In this document: positions 1 through 11,264 of the stretch, piece by piece
Numbering within the stretch: position 1 is the first letter of the stretch
Layout: the number at the start of each line of letters is the position of its first letter
Source of the DNA: an uncultured Gammaproteobacteria bacterium
GTDB taxonomy: Bacteria > Pseudomonadota > Gammaproteobacteria > UBA9214
Reading direction: 5' to 3'
Assembly (NCBI GenBank): GCA_963827755.1
Contig: CAWHCQ010000011.1
Coordinates: 64,001 to 128,000, forward strand
Length of the DNA stretch: 64,000 bases
The notes under the pieces: generated by a model
Told to the model about the DNA's origin: nothing
What the model saw: the letters and a program-made list of their open reading frames with translations, nothing else
The model's database searches: none
Program-made: the position numbers and the translations under genes

Positions 1-1804
1 CGACACGGCCCTGTCTTGCCTCGGCACGCACCAGGCCACCGAGGTTCCAGTCGCCGCGGGTGTATTCCAGGCTGAGGCTGCCGCCGAGCGGCGGGGTCTG
101 GGCGATCGGCCGGTTGTCATCGGTATTTTCTGCATGCACATAGGCCAGCGTGGCGCGGCTCGACCAGTGCGGACGCCCAGCGGATGCCGGCCTCGATCTC
201 GAAGCCGTAGAGTTCCGCGTCGACGTTGCGGTAGATGCTGGCATTGTCACCGGGCATGTGAAAGCGGTCCCTGAGGATATAGTCGCTGACATCGTTGTAA
301 TAGATCGAGGCGCCGGTGTCCCAGCGACCGGCATCACGGCTGTAACCCAGCTCCAGCTGGTGATGGGCTTCCGGGTCCAGGTCGGGGTTGCCGGCCCAGC
401 GCATGCCGGACATCATGGCCGGGGCGTCCGCGGCGATATAACGCTCGGTGGCATCGGCCGTGCGCACCGTCCGGCTCAGCGTGGCATAGACCGCGGCGCC
501 GGGGTTGAGCGTGTGTTCCAGGGTAACGAAGCCGCCGACATTGTTTTCGCTGCTGTCGGTGCCGGTGGCGCCATTGTAGTCGAGGTACATCTGGTCGGGG
601 CTGCGCAGCATCGGTTTGTCGCCGGCCCGGTCTGCCGAGGCCTCGACATGATCATAGCGGATGCCGGCCTTGAGGCTGTCCCTGTCGGTGAGCGGCCTGG
701 TGAACTCGGCAAACAGGCCGGTCTGTTGCAGGTCGACATCCGGCCAGATGATGGACTGCAGGGTGCTGAGCGTGGCGCCGGCAAAACGGTCGGCATCACG
801 GTTGTTCTTCTGGTAGTCGGCGCCCACGGTCCAGACCATGCCGTTGCCGGCATGGATTTCACCGCTCATCCGGCCGCCGCCGGTATCCGAGCTGCTGGGG
901 GTTTCCATTTTCATCGGGATCGCGGCTGAGCGGCCGCAGCGAAAAGTTGTTCATCAGGTGATCGATGTTCCGAGTAGTACACCTCGGCCTTGACGCCGGC
1001 AAAGATTCCCAGGGGTGTCGCCGCTTTCGAACTTGAGCCGCGTGGTGTCGTTGTCGCTGTAGGGCGCAGTCCATCCCGGCCCCGGCGAACAGGACATCCT
1101 CTTCGCGGTTGGCCTCGAAAGACAGTTCCAGCCGGGTATCGTCGCTCGGGGTATAACCGAGAATGACGACACCCTCCTTGTTGGTGTAGGCGGAGCGGAC
1201 GGTGTTGCCGTCACCGTCTTCGTAATTGTTGGCATCGGTGTAGTCGACGATGCCGCGCACGAACCAGTCCCGGTTGCCGGCAGCGACGTCGGCACCATAC
1301 TGTTGAGTTTCGGAATTGCCCATGTAACCGGCAGAGGCTTCTGCCCGGAACGGCTCATCCGCGGTGAAGCGCGGTGTGCGGCGTTCAAACAGCACGGTCC
1401 CGCCCGGGCCACCGCCACCGTAGGACTACGGACTGTGAGCCCTTGATGACAATGATGTTGTCATAGCTGTTCATCGAGGAGTAGGCCGTGGGCGGGTCCA
1501 TGCGGTTCGGGCAACCGCCGTGGACATAGGCCCCGTCCAGCAGGATATTCAGGCGGTTATTGCTTTGACCACGGATAATCGGGTCGATGCCGCGCCCGCC
1601 CTGGCGAATGCCGGAGATGCCGGGAATATTGCGCAGCAGTTCACCGCCGTCACTGACAGGCGCCAACTCGATCTCTTCGGGCTGGAAGGTCCGGATGGCC
1701 GGTGCGGGCAGTGCCGCGTCCTCCACCAGGATCACCGGGTCAGCCGCCAGCAGGCCGGTGGAGGGAAATAGCAGGAGCAATACATAAAAAAAGTTTTTTT
1801 TCAT
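1..1804 (-). CDS. TonB-dependent copper receptor (OprC/NosA-like), 3' end outside the window, broken by several frameshifts
   Basis: ORF pieces 1385-1804, 859-1395, 954-1418 and 117-914 join into one receptor: signal peptide, plug with DPIIRG and the OprC-type GGCPNRMDPP motif, barrel strands and NPDLDPE. At least four frame changes. Confidence 0.85.
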
Positions 1805-1911
1805 CAGTCTTTTCCAGTGGTGTCAGGCTGAAGAGAGAGCTTTGGTTGAGCGCGCAACGGATGAACCGGCGCCAGGCAGGCGTAGTTTAAGACGGCCGCA
1901 GTGGTTTGGGG

Positions 1912-1928
1912 TGTGACATAAGGTCGCA
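1912..1928. promoter_or_regulatory. Inverted repeat TGTGAC-N5-GTCGCA, resembling a RegA/PrrA/RoxR site
   Basis: Near-palindrome about 110 nt upstream of the receptor start; resembles the GCGNC...GNCGC RegA/PrrA consensus. Confidence 0.4.
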
Positions 1929-1987
1929 CGTGCAGCAGGCAAGGCATATACACAGCACTGCTGTGCAGGTTTATTCCCGGGCAGGCA

Positions 1988-2013
1988 TAAAAAAAGCCCG
2001 CGTTTTGCGGGCT
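1988..2013 (-). terminator. Rho-independent terminator after the FimT-like gene
   Basis: Minus strand AGCCCGC-AAAAC-GCGGGCT followed by a T run, about 25 nt after the stop at 2039. Confidence 0.8.
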
Positions 2014-2038
2014 ATCCGGTCGGGGCAGGGCGTGTGCG

Positions 2039-2596
2039 TCAGGGTGTGCAGCTGTCGATGTTGTTTGCCTGCATTGCCGGCGAGCCTGACAGCGGTATCG
2101 TGATCTGCCGGCCGTAGGCATTACCCCGATCATCACACAATGCCATGATTGCCGTGCAGCCTTCATCAAGTGTTCCCGACGGGTTTATTTCCAGGTTATT
2201 GCTCCAGGTCATGCTGGTGCGCAGCCGGACACCGCGCAGTGCGGGCTGGCCACGGCGCAACAGCGTGTCGCTGCCGGCCTGGTAGGTGTTGTTGCCGTCT
2301 TCGCCGGTAAAAACGAGATAGCCCGTTGACCAGTCCTGCGCGCTGCCGCCACAGGCCGGCGCGGCACTGTTCGGGGCGTCAGAACGGCACATGATGATGG
2401 GTACGTGGCGTTTTGCTGCCTCGCTGCGCGCCAGGTCTATATCGGCGACGATCGCGTTGAGTTGGCCCTCCAGGCGTTTGTCCTTGATCGTGTTGGAGAC
2501 GCCGGGCACGGCGGCGGAGAGCAGGATGGCAATCAGGCCCATGCTGATCATGAGTTCAGCAAGGGTAAAGCCGTGGATTTTACCGTGTGTTTCCAT
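2039..2596 (-). CDS. GspH/FimT-family minor (pseudo)pilin
   Basis: Prepilin site G|FTLAELM, hydrophobic helix, LARSEA motif, W..G..VF and C-terminal Cys residues. Confidence 0.85.
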   Translation of the reverse strand: METHGKIHGFTLAELMISMGLIAILLSAAVPGVSNTIKDKRLEGQLNAIVADIDLARSEAAKRHVPIIMCRSDAPNSAAPACGGSAQDWSTGYLVFTGEDGNNTYQAGSDTLLRRGQPALRGVRLRTSMTWSNNLEINPSGTLDEGCTAIMALCDDRGNAYGRQITIPLSGSPAMQANNIDSCTP

Positions 2597-2716
2597 CGCG
2601 AGACCTGCAGCGCTGATTATTGCTGACTGTATCGGCCACCACGGCGTTTGCTGAACCCGGGCAGGTGCCTGCGAGATGTCTGTCCTGTGCGCCGGACAGG
2701 CCTTGCCATTCCCTGT

Positions 2717-3556
2717 TTAGATCGTAAATAACATAGATAAATCAACGGCCTGAATATTCTTTGTGAGTGAACCAATCGAAATATAGTCCACGCCCGTGAG
2801 GGCGATATCGCGCACGTTGTCGATGGTTATCCCGCCGGAGGCCTCCAGTTCGGTGCGCCCGCCTGCCTGGCGGACGGCCTCGTTGAGGGCGTCGAGGCTG
2901 AAATTATCCAGCAACAGGCGCTCGGCGCCGGCCTCGAGCGCCGCCGTGATCTGCTGCCTGTTTTCGACCTCGATTTCGACCGCCATCCCCGGGTTCACAC
3001 GGCGTGCATTGTTGACGGCCTGCGCAATGGAGCCGGCCGCGGTGATGTGGTTTTCCTTGATCAGTATGCCGTCGTAAAGCCCGCTGCGATGATTGTGGCA
3101 GCCACCGCTGCGCACTGCATATTTCTGTGCCTGGCGCAGTCCGGGGATGGTCTTGCGGGTATCGAGGATTTTAACCGGCAGGTCGGCAACCCTGTCGGCA
3201 TAGCGCCGTGCAAGCGTTGCCGTTGCCGACAGGGTCTGCAGGAAATTAAGCGCGGTGCGTTCACCGGCCAGCAGCGGGCGGGCGGGTCCCGTGAGGCTGC
3301 AGAGCAACTGGTCCCTGTCGACAGGATGGCCGTCATGAATTTCCCAGTCTATCCGGATGCTGCTGTCGAGTTCCGCAAACACGGCATTGAACCAGGCCAT
3401 GCCGCAGAGGATGGCCGGCTCACGGCTGATAACCCGGGCGGTTGCGATGGTCCCTTCGGGGATCAGCCTGGCGGTAATGTCGCCGCTGCCGACATCCTCT
3501 GCCAGTGCTTCGCGCACACTGTGCAGCAGGTTTTCATCGAGTTTTTCGAGCAGCAT
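2717..3556 (-). CDS. nadC: Quinolinate phosphoribosyltransferase
   Basis: ALAEDVG, GERTALNFLQ, LDTRKTIPG, LIKENH, LLDNF and EASGG motifs. Confidence 0.97.
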   Translation of the reverse strand: MLLEKLDENLLHSVREALAEDVGSGDITARLIPEGTIATARVISREPAILCGMAWFNAVFAELDSSIRIDWEIHDGHPVDRDQLLCSLTGPARPLLAGERTALNFLQTLSATATLARRYADRVADLPVKILDTRKTIPGLRQAQKYAVRSGGCHNHRSGLYDGILIKENHITAAGSIAQAVNNARRVNPGMAVEIEVENRQQITAALEAGAERLLLDNFSLDALNEAVRQAGGRTELEASGGITIDNVRDIALTGVDYISIGSLTKNIQAVDLSMLFTI

Positions 3557-3907
3557 TCAGGTCGATATTTCCAGCAGTTCAATCTCGAAAATCAGGGTGG
3601 CATCCGGTGGTATCACGTTACCGGCACCCCGCGACCCGTAACCGAGTTCGGAGGGAATCACGAGACGCCGGATTCCGCCAACCTGCATGCCCTTGACCCC
3701 TTCGTCCCACCCGGGAATGACGAACTGGCAGTCCAGCGGAAAACTGAAGGGTTCATTACGATCAACACTGGAATCAAACTTGGTGTTGTCTTCCAGCCAG
3801 CCGGTGTAGTGCACGATGACGGTTTGTCCCTTGCCCGTGGCGGTTTCGCCGTCGCCGGTTTTAATGTCGGTGTAACGCAGTCCGGAGTCGGTTGTAATTT
3901 CAGTCAT
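3557..3907 (-). CDS. FKBP-type peptidyl-prolyl isomerase
   Basis: SGLRY, VHYTGWL, FDSSVDR, VIPGWDEG, IPPDATLIFEIEL; start taken at ATG 3907. Confidence 0.95.
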   Translation of the reverse strand: MTEITTDSGLRYTDIKTGDGETATGKGQTVIVHYTGWLEDNTKFDSSVDRNEPFSFPLDCQFVIPGWDEGVKGMQVGGIRRLVIPSELGYGSRGAGNVIPPDATLIFEIELLEIST

Positions 3908-4065
3908 ATCGATTGCCTCGGTGTAAATTTCTGGTTGGTATTTCTGTAAACGTTGTAACTTCTCACGCAAAGGCGTAGTCATGCAGGCCTGAAGGAGCCG
4001 GAATCCGGGCTGCGTCGCTTGCGATCTTTGCATCCTGGCGAGGGTTCCTGATTCCCGGTTAGATG

Positions 4066-5433
4066 CTACCCGGTTCTTGTCTGCGGCCGGGAGAAATAGT
4101 CATCTTTCAGCTTCTTCACCAGGCCAGCCAGTAGTATCAGGCCCAGCAGGTTCGGTATGGCCATCAGGATATTGGTGACGTCGGCAATGTTCCACACCAG
4201 GTTGAGCGGCACACCGGCGCCAATCACGACCAGGATGGTATACAACACCCGGTAGGGGAGAACGGCGCGTTCGCCAAACAGGAAATAGGCCGAACGATCA
4301 CCGTAATAGGACCAGGCAATAATGGTTGAATAGGCGAACAGGGTCAGGCCGCCACCGACCACCCAGGCACCGGCATCGCCAAGCGAACTGCCGAAGGCGT
4401 GGGCGGTCAGTGCGGCACCTTTGAGTGTTTCACTGCTTTCCTGCCAGGCCCCGCTGACCACGATAACGAGGCCGGTCATGGTGCAGATGACCAGCGTATC
4501 GATGAAGGGTTCCATCATGGCCACCAGTCCCTCGCGCACCGGCTCGTTGGTGCGTGCCGCGGCGTGGGCCATCGGCGATGAGCCGAGACCGGCCTCGTTC
4601 GAGAACAGCCCGCGCGCCACTCCCCAGCGGATGGCCTCGCCGACGGCCGCGCCGCCAACCGACCAGGGATTCAGTGCCAGCTTGAAGATCAGGGCAAACG
4701 CCGCCGGAATTTCAGCGGCATGATTGATCAGCACCAGCAGGGCGGCGCTGATGTAGAGGATGGCCATGAAGGGCACGATGGTGCTGGCGACGCGTGCAAT
4801 ACGCTTCACACCGCCGAGGATGACGAGCCCGACCAGGGTGGCGAGAACGCAGCCGACCAGCCAGCGCAGGGAATGCAGCTCCGGAAAGATATAGGAAAGC
4901 CCGTCGATCACGGAATTGGCCTGCACCATGTTGCCGATGCCAAACGAGGCAACCAGTGCAAAGATGGCAAACAGGCCCGCGGTGCGCCGCATGTTCAGTC
5001 CATGCAGCAGGGTGTACATGGGGCCGCCCGCGACTTCGCCATCCCTGGACACCTGGCGAAATTGCAGTGACAGGGTGCACTCGACAAACTTGGTGGCCAT
5101 GCCGAAAACGGCCGTGACCCACATCCAGAAGAGGGCGCCCGGCCCGCCCAGCGTGATGGCGGTGGCGACACCGGCAATATTCCCGGTGCCGACCGTGGCG
5201 GACAATGCCGTGGACAGGGCCTGGAAGTGTGTCACTTCGCCGCTGTCGGTTATACAGCTGTATTTGCCGGTAATCAGGTGCAGCGAGTGACGGAAGCCGC
5301 GCACCTGGATCAGGCCCATGCGCACCGTCAGGTAGCAGCCGGTGCCGAGCAGCACCAGCAGGGTGACCGGATTGCCCCATAAAAGACCGGACAGCCGGCC
5401 GCTCCAGTCTGTCAGCTGCTGGATTATATCCAC
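4066..5433 (-). CDS. Alanine/glycine:cation symporter (AgcS/AlsT family)
   Basis: ATVGTGNIAGVA, GGPGALFWMW and RGLFSNEAGLGS signatures. Confidence 0.95.
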   Translation of the reverse strand: MDIIQQLTDWSGRLSGLLWGNPVTLLVLLGTGCYLTVRMGLIQVRGFRHSLHLITGKYSCITDSGEVTHFQALSTALSATVGTGNIAGVATAITLGGPGALFWMWVTAVFGMATKFVECTLSLQFRQVSRDGEVAGGPMYTLLHGLNMRRTAGLFAIFALVASFGIGNMVQANSVIDGLSYIFPELHSLRWLVGCVLATLVGLVILGGVKRIARVASTIVPFMAILYISAALLVLINHAAEIPAAFALIFKLALNPWSVGGAAVGEAIRWGVARGLFSNEAGLGSSPMAHAAARTNEPVREGLVAMMEPFIDTLVICTMTGLVIVVSGAWQESSETLKGAALTAHAFGSSLGDAGAWVVGGGLTLFAYSTIIAWSYYGDRSAYFLFGERAVLPYRVLYTILVVIGAGVPLNLVWNIADVTNILMAIPNLLGLILLAGLVKKLKDDYFSRPQTRTG

Positions 5434-5445
5434 AACCCTTTCTCC

Positions 5446-5980
5446 TTATTGTGCATATTTCAGTGTCAGTGTATTGCCCTGCTGTTTAAAGTCCAGCTGC
5501 TTGAGAAAGCTCATGCCAAGCAGGACGGAATCACCTTTGACATGCGGATTGATACTGGCGCGCACCGGCCCAAGCCGCAGCGGGCCGAGCTGGATTTCAT
5601 CGGCGATGGTTTGCCAGGCGCTGATGGTGCCGTTGGCTGTTTGATAATTGACCCGCCTGCCGCGTTTCAGTCCCAGCCTGTCGGCGATACTCGCCGGAAT
5701 GGAGACGTCGGTCGCGCCGGTATCGAGCATGAACTCGACCGGCTGCCCGTTGATTGTACCGCTGGCCACATAGTGTCCATAGCGGTTGCGTTGCAGGCTG
5801 GATCTCGGGAATTTCATCGTCCGCCGTTGTACTCGACATCTGCCGGTTGGGATTGCGTTGCTGCTCCAGGCGGTCATTGAAAAACCAGGTGAGCAGGACC
5901 AGCAGTAGTATCCACGCGGCAATAATCATCCCCTTGCCGATGTGCTGTGACTGCCTGTCCTGTTTATCCGGTGTATTCAT
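5446..5980 (-). CDS. Clan AA retropepsin-like aspartic protease with N-terminal TM anchor (frameshifted near 5810)
   Basis: TM segment and NPN from ORF 5597-6031 join LQRNRYGHY, FMLDTGAT, TANG and LLGMSFL from ORF 5446-5922. Confidence 0.88.
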
Positions 5981-6134
5981 TGACACGCTACCCGTATGTT
6001 TCATTGCTGTCCCGTTAAAATCCGATTCCACGCCGGTACCAGCAGCGACCTGTAGGAGCGCTTCTCAAGCGCGATCATTCTGTGCGAGATTCTATCGCGC
6101 TTGAGAAGCGCTCCTGCAGTCAATACGTAATATT

Positions 6135-7293
6135 TCATGCCTGGTAAACCAGCCGCAGGCCGGCGAATATGTGGCGCTTGTCCGCCTGGTAGAAAGTTTC
6201 TGAAACTGGCGCGCTTCAGCGCCGGCCGTGTGTACAGGCTGCCGCCGCGCAGGGTGTAGTGCCTGCCATCGAACCAGGCCTGCGAGTATTCCGGGTAGGG
6301 AAACGGCGTGAAGCCCTGGTAGGGATAAAACGGGTTGGCGCACCATTCCCATGCGCGCCCGCTATCTTCCAGCTGCTGCAGGCGGCAGGCCACTTCCCAC
6401 TGGTGTTCATGGGGCAATTGACCGCCGGCCCACCCGGCATAGGCCTGTGCTTCATACAAGGAGATGCCCTGCAGCACATCATCGCCATGCAGGTCGTAAG
6501 CGCCACGCAGCCCGGTGCCATACCAGGCACCGGCGGCATCCCTGCGCCAGTGTTGCGGGGCTGTAATATTCTCCTGTTCCAGCCACGCCCGGCCGGCATC
6601 ACTCCACAGGTCACGCCGGGAATAGCCGCCGGCCTCGATAAAGGCAAGGAACTCGGCGTTGCACACCGGCCTGCGCGCGATGCGGTAAGGCCCCAGCGTT
6701 GCCTGTTGTGGTGGAAGCTCGTTGTCACAGGCCAGCGGCGCCTTGCCGCCAACCCGGTAATGTCCCGCGTCGATGTGGCAGGTTTCGGCAGCAGGCTCCC
6801 TTGCCAGCAGTGGATTGCCGACGCGGTGGTCGGGTGCTGCAGCCGCCAGTGCCTGCTGGGTCAGCACCATCATCATGTTCTCGTAGTGCTGGTTGTAATG
6901 CTGGAGGAGGAAATGTACCAGGTAATTATCCTGCATGAGCGGGTGTTCGCTGATGCAGGCGTCGGGCGCTGCAAGGGTTTCATGATTCATTGCTCGCATT
7001 TCATGCGCCCATTGCAGCATGACTTCCGGGCCCGGTATTTTTCTTCCGCGTTCTGCTTTCGGGGTAAGCGGGGGTGTATACAGCTCCCGCAGCGGCGCCG
7101 TCAGGCGGCTGTCCTGCCGGACAACCTCCTGTAGCCAGTAACACTCGGTATAGATGCAGTGTCCCAGGTGCCAGCCCAGCGGGCTCAGTTCGGGGTGGAA
7201 CTGTTTCCGGAAACTGTCTTCATCCGGTTGTTCGGCCAGCGCCGTGACGAGGTCCTGCGCATTGCGCAGTTCATCGAGTAACCCGGCGTTCAC
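6135..7293 (-). CDS. egtB: EgtB-like sulfoxide synthase (DinB plus FGE-sulfatase domains), frameshift near 6195
   Basis: SPLGWHLGH and HYNQHYE iron-ligand motifs, LPHEHQWE, AWEW, PYPEYS, LRGGS and RASFRNF; a shifted frame restores FYQADKRHIFAGLRL with stop at 6135; adjacent to egtC. Confidence 0.75.
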
Positions 7294-8069
7294 AGTGCCT
7301 GCAACTCGGGCGGGTCGTCCGGGTCAAGCACCAGGATATGGTGTTCCGGCACCGGCTGCCAGAAGCCGGTTTCCGAGAAGCGTTCCGAGGCAAGCAATTG
7401 CCCGCCCGGAAACAGTTCATCATCGGTGGTGTAATACAGGGACGGGCATTCATGGTTGAGGCCATGCCGGGCGGCATAGAGGCGCTCGCCATTCGAGACG
7501 ATGATGTTCAGCAGTGCCGGCTGTTCATCGACCCAGCCATCCAGCAGCCTGAACAGCTTGCGAATCGCGGCGGGCACGTCGGCTTTTGCGTGTTTGTAAA
7601 GCAGCTGGCAGAGCAGTATGAACAGGTATTCGGAATCCGTATTTCCACGCAGCTTCGCGATACTCCCGGGTGACAGAAAGCGCAGTATTTCCGGGACGAG
7701 CTGCGTATGGAAATCACCGATAAAGCCGTTGTGCACAAACAGGTATTGCCCGTCGCTGAAAGGCGCCGTGTTGAACGTGTGTACCGGGTGACCTTCGGTT
7801 GCACTGCGAACCTCGGCAACCCAGAGCGGCTCGCAAAGCGTGGCGGCGAGGGCGGGCAGGTTGTGGTCCGACCAGATCGGTGAGGTAGAGGTGTAGGTGG
7901 ATGCAAGCTTCTCGCTGTTATACCAGCCAAAGCCGTAACCGTCGGCATTCAGCAGGGTGTACTTCAGCTCTTTTGGTTCCCAGGACTGTTTGTACAGGCT
8001 GTGTGGCGGGTCGAGCAAAAACTGTTGCAGTGGAATGGCGGGTCCCAGGTAGGCGGCTAGTCTGCACAT
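7290..8069 (-). CDS. egtC: EgtC-like class II glutamine amidotransferase (Ntn hydrolase)
   Basis: MCRLAAYLG N-terminal Cys, PPHSLYKQS, NADGYG, VRSAT, FVHNG and GNTDSE. Confidence 0.85.
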   Translation of the reverse strand: MCRLAAYLGPAIPLQQFLLDPPHSLYKQSWEPKELKYTLLNADGYGFGWYNSEKLASTYTSTSPIWSDHNLPALAATLCEPLWVAEVRSATEGHPVHTFNTAPFSDGQYLFVHNGFIGDFHTQLVPEILRFLSPGSIAKLRGNTDSEYLFILLCQLLYKHAKADVPAAIRKLFRLLDGWVDEQPALLNIIVSNGERLYAARHGLNHECPSLYYTTDDELFPGGQLLASERFSETGFWQPVPEHHILVLDPDDPPELQAL

Positions 8070-8131
8070 GATATCCCCCGGTGTGGCATCAGCGTTGCCG
8101 CTGCTGCCGGAAATTGCCCAAGTGTACGTAT

Positions 8132-9034
8132 TCAGGCAAGCAGAAACTCGAGCAGTGCCTTTTGGGCATGCAGCCTGTTTTCTGCCTCGTCCCATACTAC
8201 GCTCTGCGGACCGTCGATCACATCTGCCGAGACTTCCTCGCCCCGGTGCGCCGGCAGGCAATGCATGAATAATGCGTCTTTGGCAGCTGCCTTCATGATG
8301 TCTGAATCGACCTGGTAATCTGCAAAGGCCCTGGCGCGCTTTGCCTGTTCTTCCTCCTGTCCCATGCTGGCCCATACGTCGGTCACCACCAGGTCGGCAC
8401 CGGCTGCAGCATCTGTCGCAGAACCCGCCTGGACAATACGTGGCCCGGCGGCCTCGAGTATTTCCCGGTCCGGTTCGTAACCTTCCGGGCAGGCGATGTG
8501 CAGCTTGAAGTCGAACTGTCGGGCTGCATTGATATAGGAATGGCACATGTTATTGCCGTCCCCGATCCAGGCGACGGTTTTGCCGCGGATGTCGCCGCGC
8601 CGTTCATACCAGGTTTGCATGTCAGCGAGCAGCTGGCAGGGGTGATACCTGTCAGTAAGGGCGTTGATGATCGGCACCTGTGAAAATTCAGCAAAGCGTT
8701 CGATCTTCTCGTGTTCGAATGTCCTGATCATGATGACATCTGACATGCGTGACAGGACGCGAGCCGAGTCTTCAATCGTTTCACCACGGCCAAGTTGAGT
8801 GTCGCGGGGTGACAAAAATACTGCATGTCCGCCAAGTTGAGCCATGCCGACTTCAAAGGACATGCGCGTACGTGTCGATGATTTCTCGAACACCATGGCC
8901 AGCACGCGGTGCTTGCATGTTTCATCGTACTTGCCGGCGGTATTCAAGGCCTTGAGTTCAACGGCGCGTTTTATCAGTCCGTCCAGTTCATCGGCAGACA
9001 GATCGAGGAGTGTCAGAAAATTCCGGATACCCAT
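8132..9034 (-). CDS. argF: Ornithine carbamoyltransferase
   Basis: SSTRTR, HPCQ, DVWASMG and HCLPAHRG. Confidence 0.97.
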   Translation of the reverse strand: MGIRNFLTLLDLSADELDGLIKRAVELKALNTAGKYDETCKHRVLAMVFEKSSTRTRMSFEVGMAQLGGHAVFLSPRDTQLGRGETIEDSARVLSRMSDVIMIRTFEHEKIERFAEFSQVPIINALTDRYHPCQLLADMQTWYERRGDIRGKTVAWIGDGNNMCHSYINAARQFDFKLHIACPEGYEPDREILEAAGPRIVQAGSATDAAAGADLVVTDVWASMGQEEEQAKRARAFADYQVDSDIMKAAAKDALFMHCLPAHRGEEVSADVIDGPQSVVWDEAENRLHAQKALLEFLLA

Positions 9035-9038
9035 GTGT

Positions 9039-10214
9039 TTATCCTTCGAGATGACCGCGTACCAGGTCGCTGACCTGTGCAACGAGTATGTCGGCCTGTT
9101 TCCCGGTCATTATCAAGGGCGGTAACAGGCGTATAACACGCTCGGCAGTGACGTTGATCAACAGCCCCTGCGAAAGGGCCATGCCGGGCAGTTCGCTGCA
9201 GGGTTGTTCGAGCTCGATACCAATCATCAAGCCAAGGCCGCGGACTTCGCTGATGCCTTTCACATCCTTCAGTGCAGTCCTGAAGCCATTCAGCAGTTGT
9301 TCTCCGAGTTTGCCCGCCCGGGTGACCAGCTTGTCCTGCTCCATGGTGTCCAGTACGGCCTGTGCCGCGCGGCAGGCAAGTGGATTACCGCCAAAGGTGG
9401 TGCCGTGACTGCCGGGTTGCATCATCTCAGCGGCCTTGCCGCGGGCCATGCAGGCGCCGATGGGTACACCGTTTCCGAGTGCTTTTGCAATTGTTACGAT
9501 ATCCGGCACGATGCCGGTGTGCTGGTGGGCAAACCATTTTCCTGTGCGACCCATGCCGGTCTGGATCTCATCGAGCATCATCAGCCAGCCGTTTTCGTCA
9601 CACAAGGCGCGAATGCCTTCAAGGTAGCCGGCGTCCGGGATATTGATGCCGCCTTCGCCCTGTACCGGTTCAACCAGTACCGCAACGGCATCGCTTTTGT
9701 TTGCAGCGACGGCCTCGATGGCCTGCAGGTCGTTGTACGGGACGCGGATGAAACCGCGCACCAGTGGTTCAAACCCGGCCTGCACCTTGCGGTTACCGGT
9801 TGCGGTAAGCGTGGCCAGGGTGCGCCCGTGGAAACTGTTCTCCATGACGATAATGGCGGGGCAGTCCACGCCCTTGCTGTGGCCGAACAGGCGGGCGATC
9901 TTGATCGCTGCCTCGTTGGATTCCGCCCCGGAGTTGGAGAAAAATACCCGGTCCATTTTTGCCAGACCACACAGGTGATCTGCAAGCTGTTCCTGCAGGG
10001 GGATGCCATACAGGTTGGAGGTGTGTACCAGCTTGCCGGCCTGGTCACTGATGGCCTGCGTCACTGCCGGGTGAGCATGGCCGAGTCCGCAGACTGCAAT
10101 ACCGCTGAGGGCATCCATGTACTGCCTGTTCTCGGTGTCCCACAGCCAGATGCCTTCACCACGCTCAAACTGGATGGGCAGGCGTTTGTAGGTCGACATA
10201 AGGTGATCAGCCAT
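9039..10214 (-). CDS. argD: Acetylornithine aminotransferase
   Basis: [32 protein letters not shown] and HGTTFGGNP; upstream of argF. Confidence 0.93.
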   Translation of the reverse strand: MADHLMSTYKRLPIQFERGEGIWLWDTENRQYMDALSGIAVCGLGHAHPAVTQAISDQAGKLVHTSNLYGIPLQEQLADHLCGLAKMDRVFFSNSGAESNEAAIKIARLFGHSKGVDCPAIIVMENSFHGRTLATLTATGNRKVQAGFEPLVRGFIRVPYNDLQAIEAVAANKSDAVAVLVEPVQGEGGINIPDAGYLEGIRALCDENGWLMMLDEIQTGMGRTGKWFAHQHTGIVPDIVTIAKALGNGVPIGACMARGKAAEMMQPGSHGTTFGGNPLACRAAQAVLDTMEQDKLVTRAGKLGEQLLNGFRTALKDVKGISEVRGLGLMIGIELEQPCSELPGMALSQGLLINVTAERVIRLLPPLIMTGKQADILVAQVSDLVRGHLEG

Positions 10215-10393
10215 TTTTTCTTCGTCCAAAATAGAAAAGGCAGCCCGTTACAGACTGCCATGCCTCGAGGTATTGATTTTATAACCGCTGCTTCGAAAAG
10301 CGCAAACCCGGCCAGGGACCGGGTTTGCAGAGCCTGTAATGACCGGTTCAGGCCTGTATTGCCCGATTATCGGCCATTCCTGTCGGCTGTCGC

Positions 10394-10981
10394 CTAGAAG
10401 GGGAGACTGCCATGTCCATGGCTGACCATGCACATCAGCATGGGGATCGACAGCAGCGTGTTCGTGCGTGATGCCATCAGTGCCACTTTCTTTCCGCTGG
10501 CAATCTGCTCGGCAGTGGCTTCCACCATGCCAAGGATCTTCTTCTGGTTTGGCCAGATCAGTACCCATACGTTGAACAGCATGATGGTGCCCAGCCATGC
10601 GCCGATGCCGATGACCTGTGCGCCCTCGGCCAGCATGAAGGCGTTGACAAAACCGACACCCATGGTCTCCAGCGCGGCCGCCCCGGTCACCCACGTGGCA
10701 ACGGCAGCCCAGCGAAACCAGACCAGTGCACGGGGTGCGACGTACTTGTTGATTGCAGCCGGTCCGGGACCGCCTTCATCACCGAGCGCGGCACCGACTG
10801 CCGGGACCTGGACAAAATTGAAGTAGTACAACAGGCCGATCCAGGTAATACCGGCCAGCACGTGGGCCCAGACTTCCAGCACCCAGAGATTGACATCGCT
10901 GAAGCCGAGTGCGGCGACGATGATAACGGCCAGTGCGAAACCGGAAATGATGGTTCCCCAGATAGATGTTAATGGATTCAT
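10394..10981 (-). CDS. Membrane protein related to the PuuD urate-oxidase N-terminal domain (no cytochrome c domain)
   Basis: WAHVLAGITWIGLLYYFN, WFRWAA, NVW..IWPNQKK and SRTNT..SIPML; no CxxCH. Confidence 0.7.
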   Translation of the reverse strand: MNPLTSIWGTIISGFALAVIIVAALGFSDVNLWVLEVWAHVLAGITWIGLLYYFNFVQVPAVGAALGDEGGPGPAAINKYVAPRALVWFRWAAVATWVTGAAALETMGVGFVNAFMLAEGAQVIGIGAWLGTIMLFNVWVLIWPNQKKILGMVEATAEQIASGKKVALMASRTNTLLSIPMLMCMVSHGHGSLPF

Positions 10982-11264
10982 TGCGATGTTCTCCCATGGC
11001 TTGCAACGCTGCTGCTGCAGGCGGTTTGTGAAATAGGTGACTAATTTAGTCAGGAATGGGAGGATACGGCAGCCATAGGCACATTGCAATATGATGAATT
11101 TCGATTTTCTGTTAAAAAAAGCATTGGCTTACAGCAGTTTCGGCACGCCTTGCGCGCTGCCGGACGAACACCGGAGAAGAGCATTGGACGCTGTTGGATC
11201 AAGTATATTCACCTGGCTATGCGCCGCCCGCGGAATGTCCCGGGCAAGGCCGGGCGACTGACGA

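Noticed and set aside
2629-2655. Sigma-28 promoter before the FimT-like gene (TTCAG-N14-GCCGATAC)
   Set aside because: Weak -35 match; cannot be told from chance.
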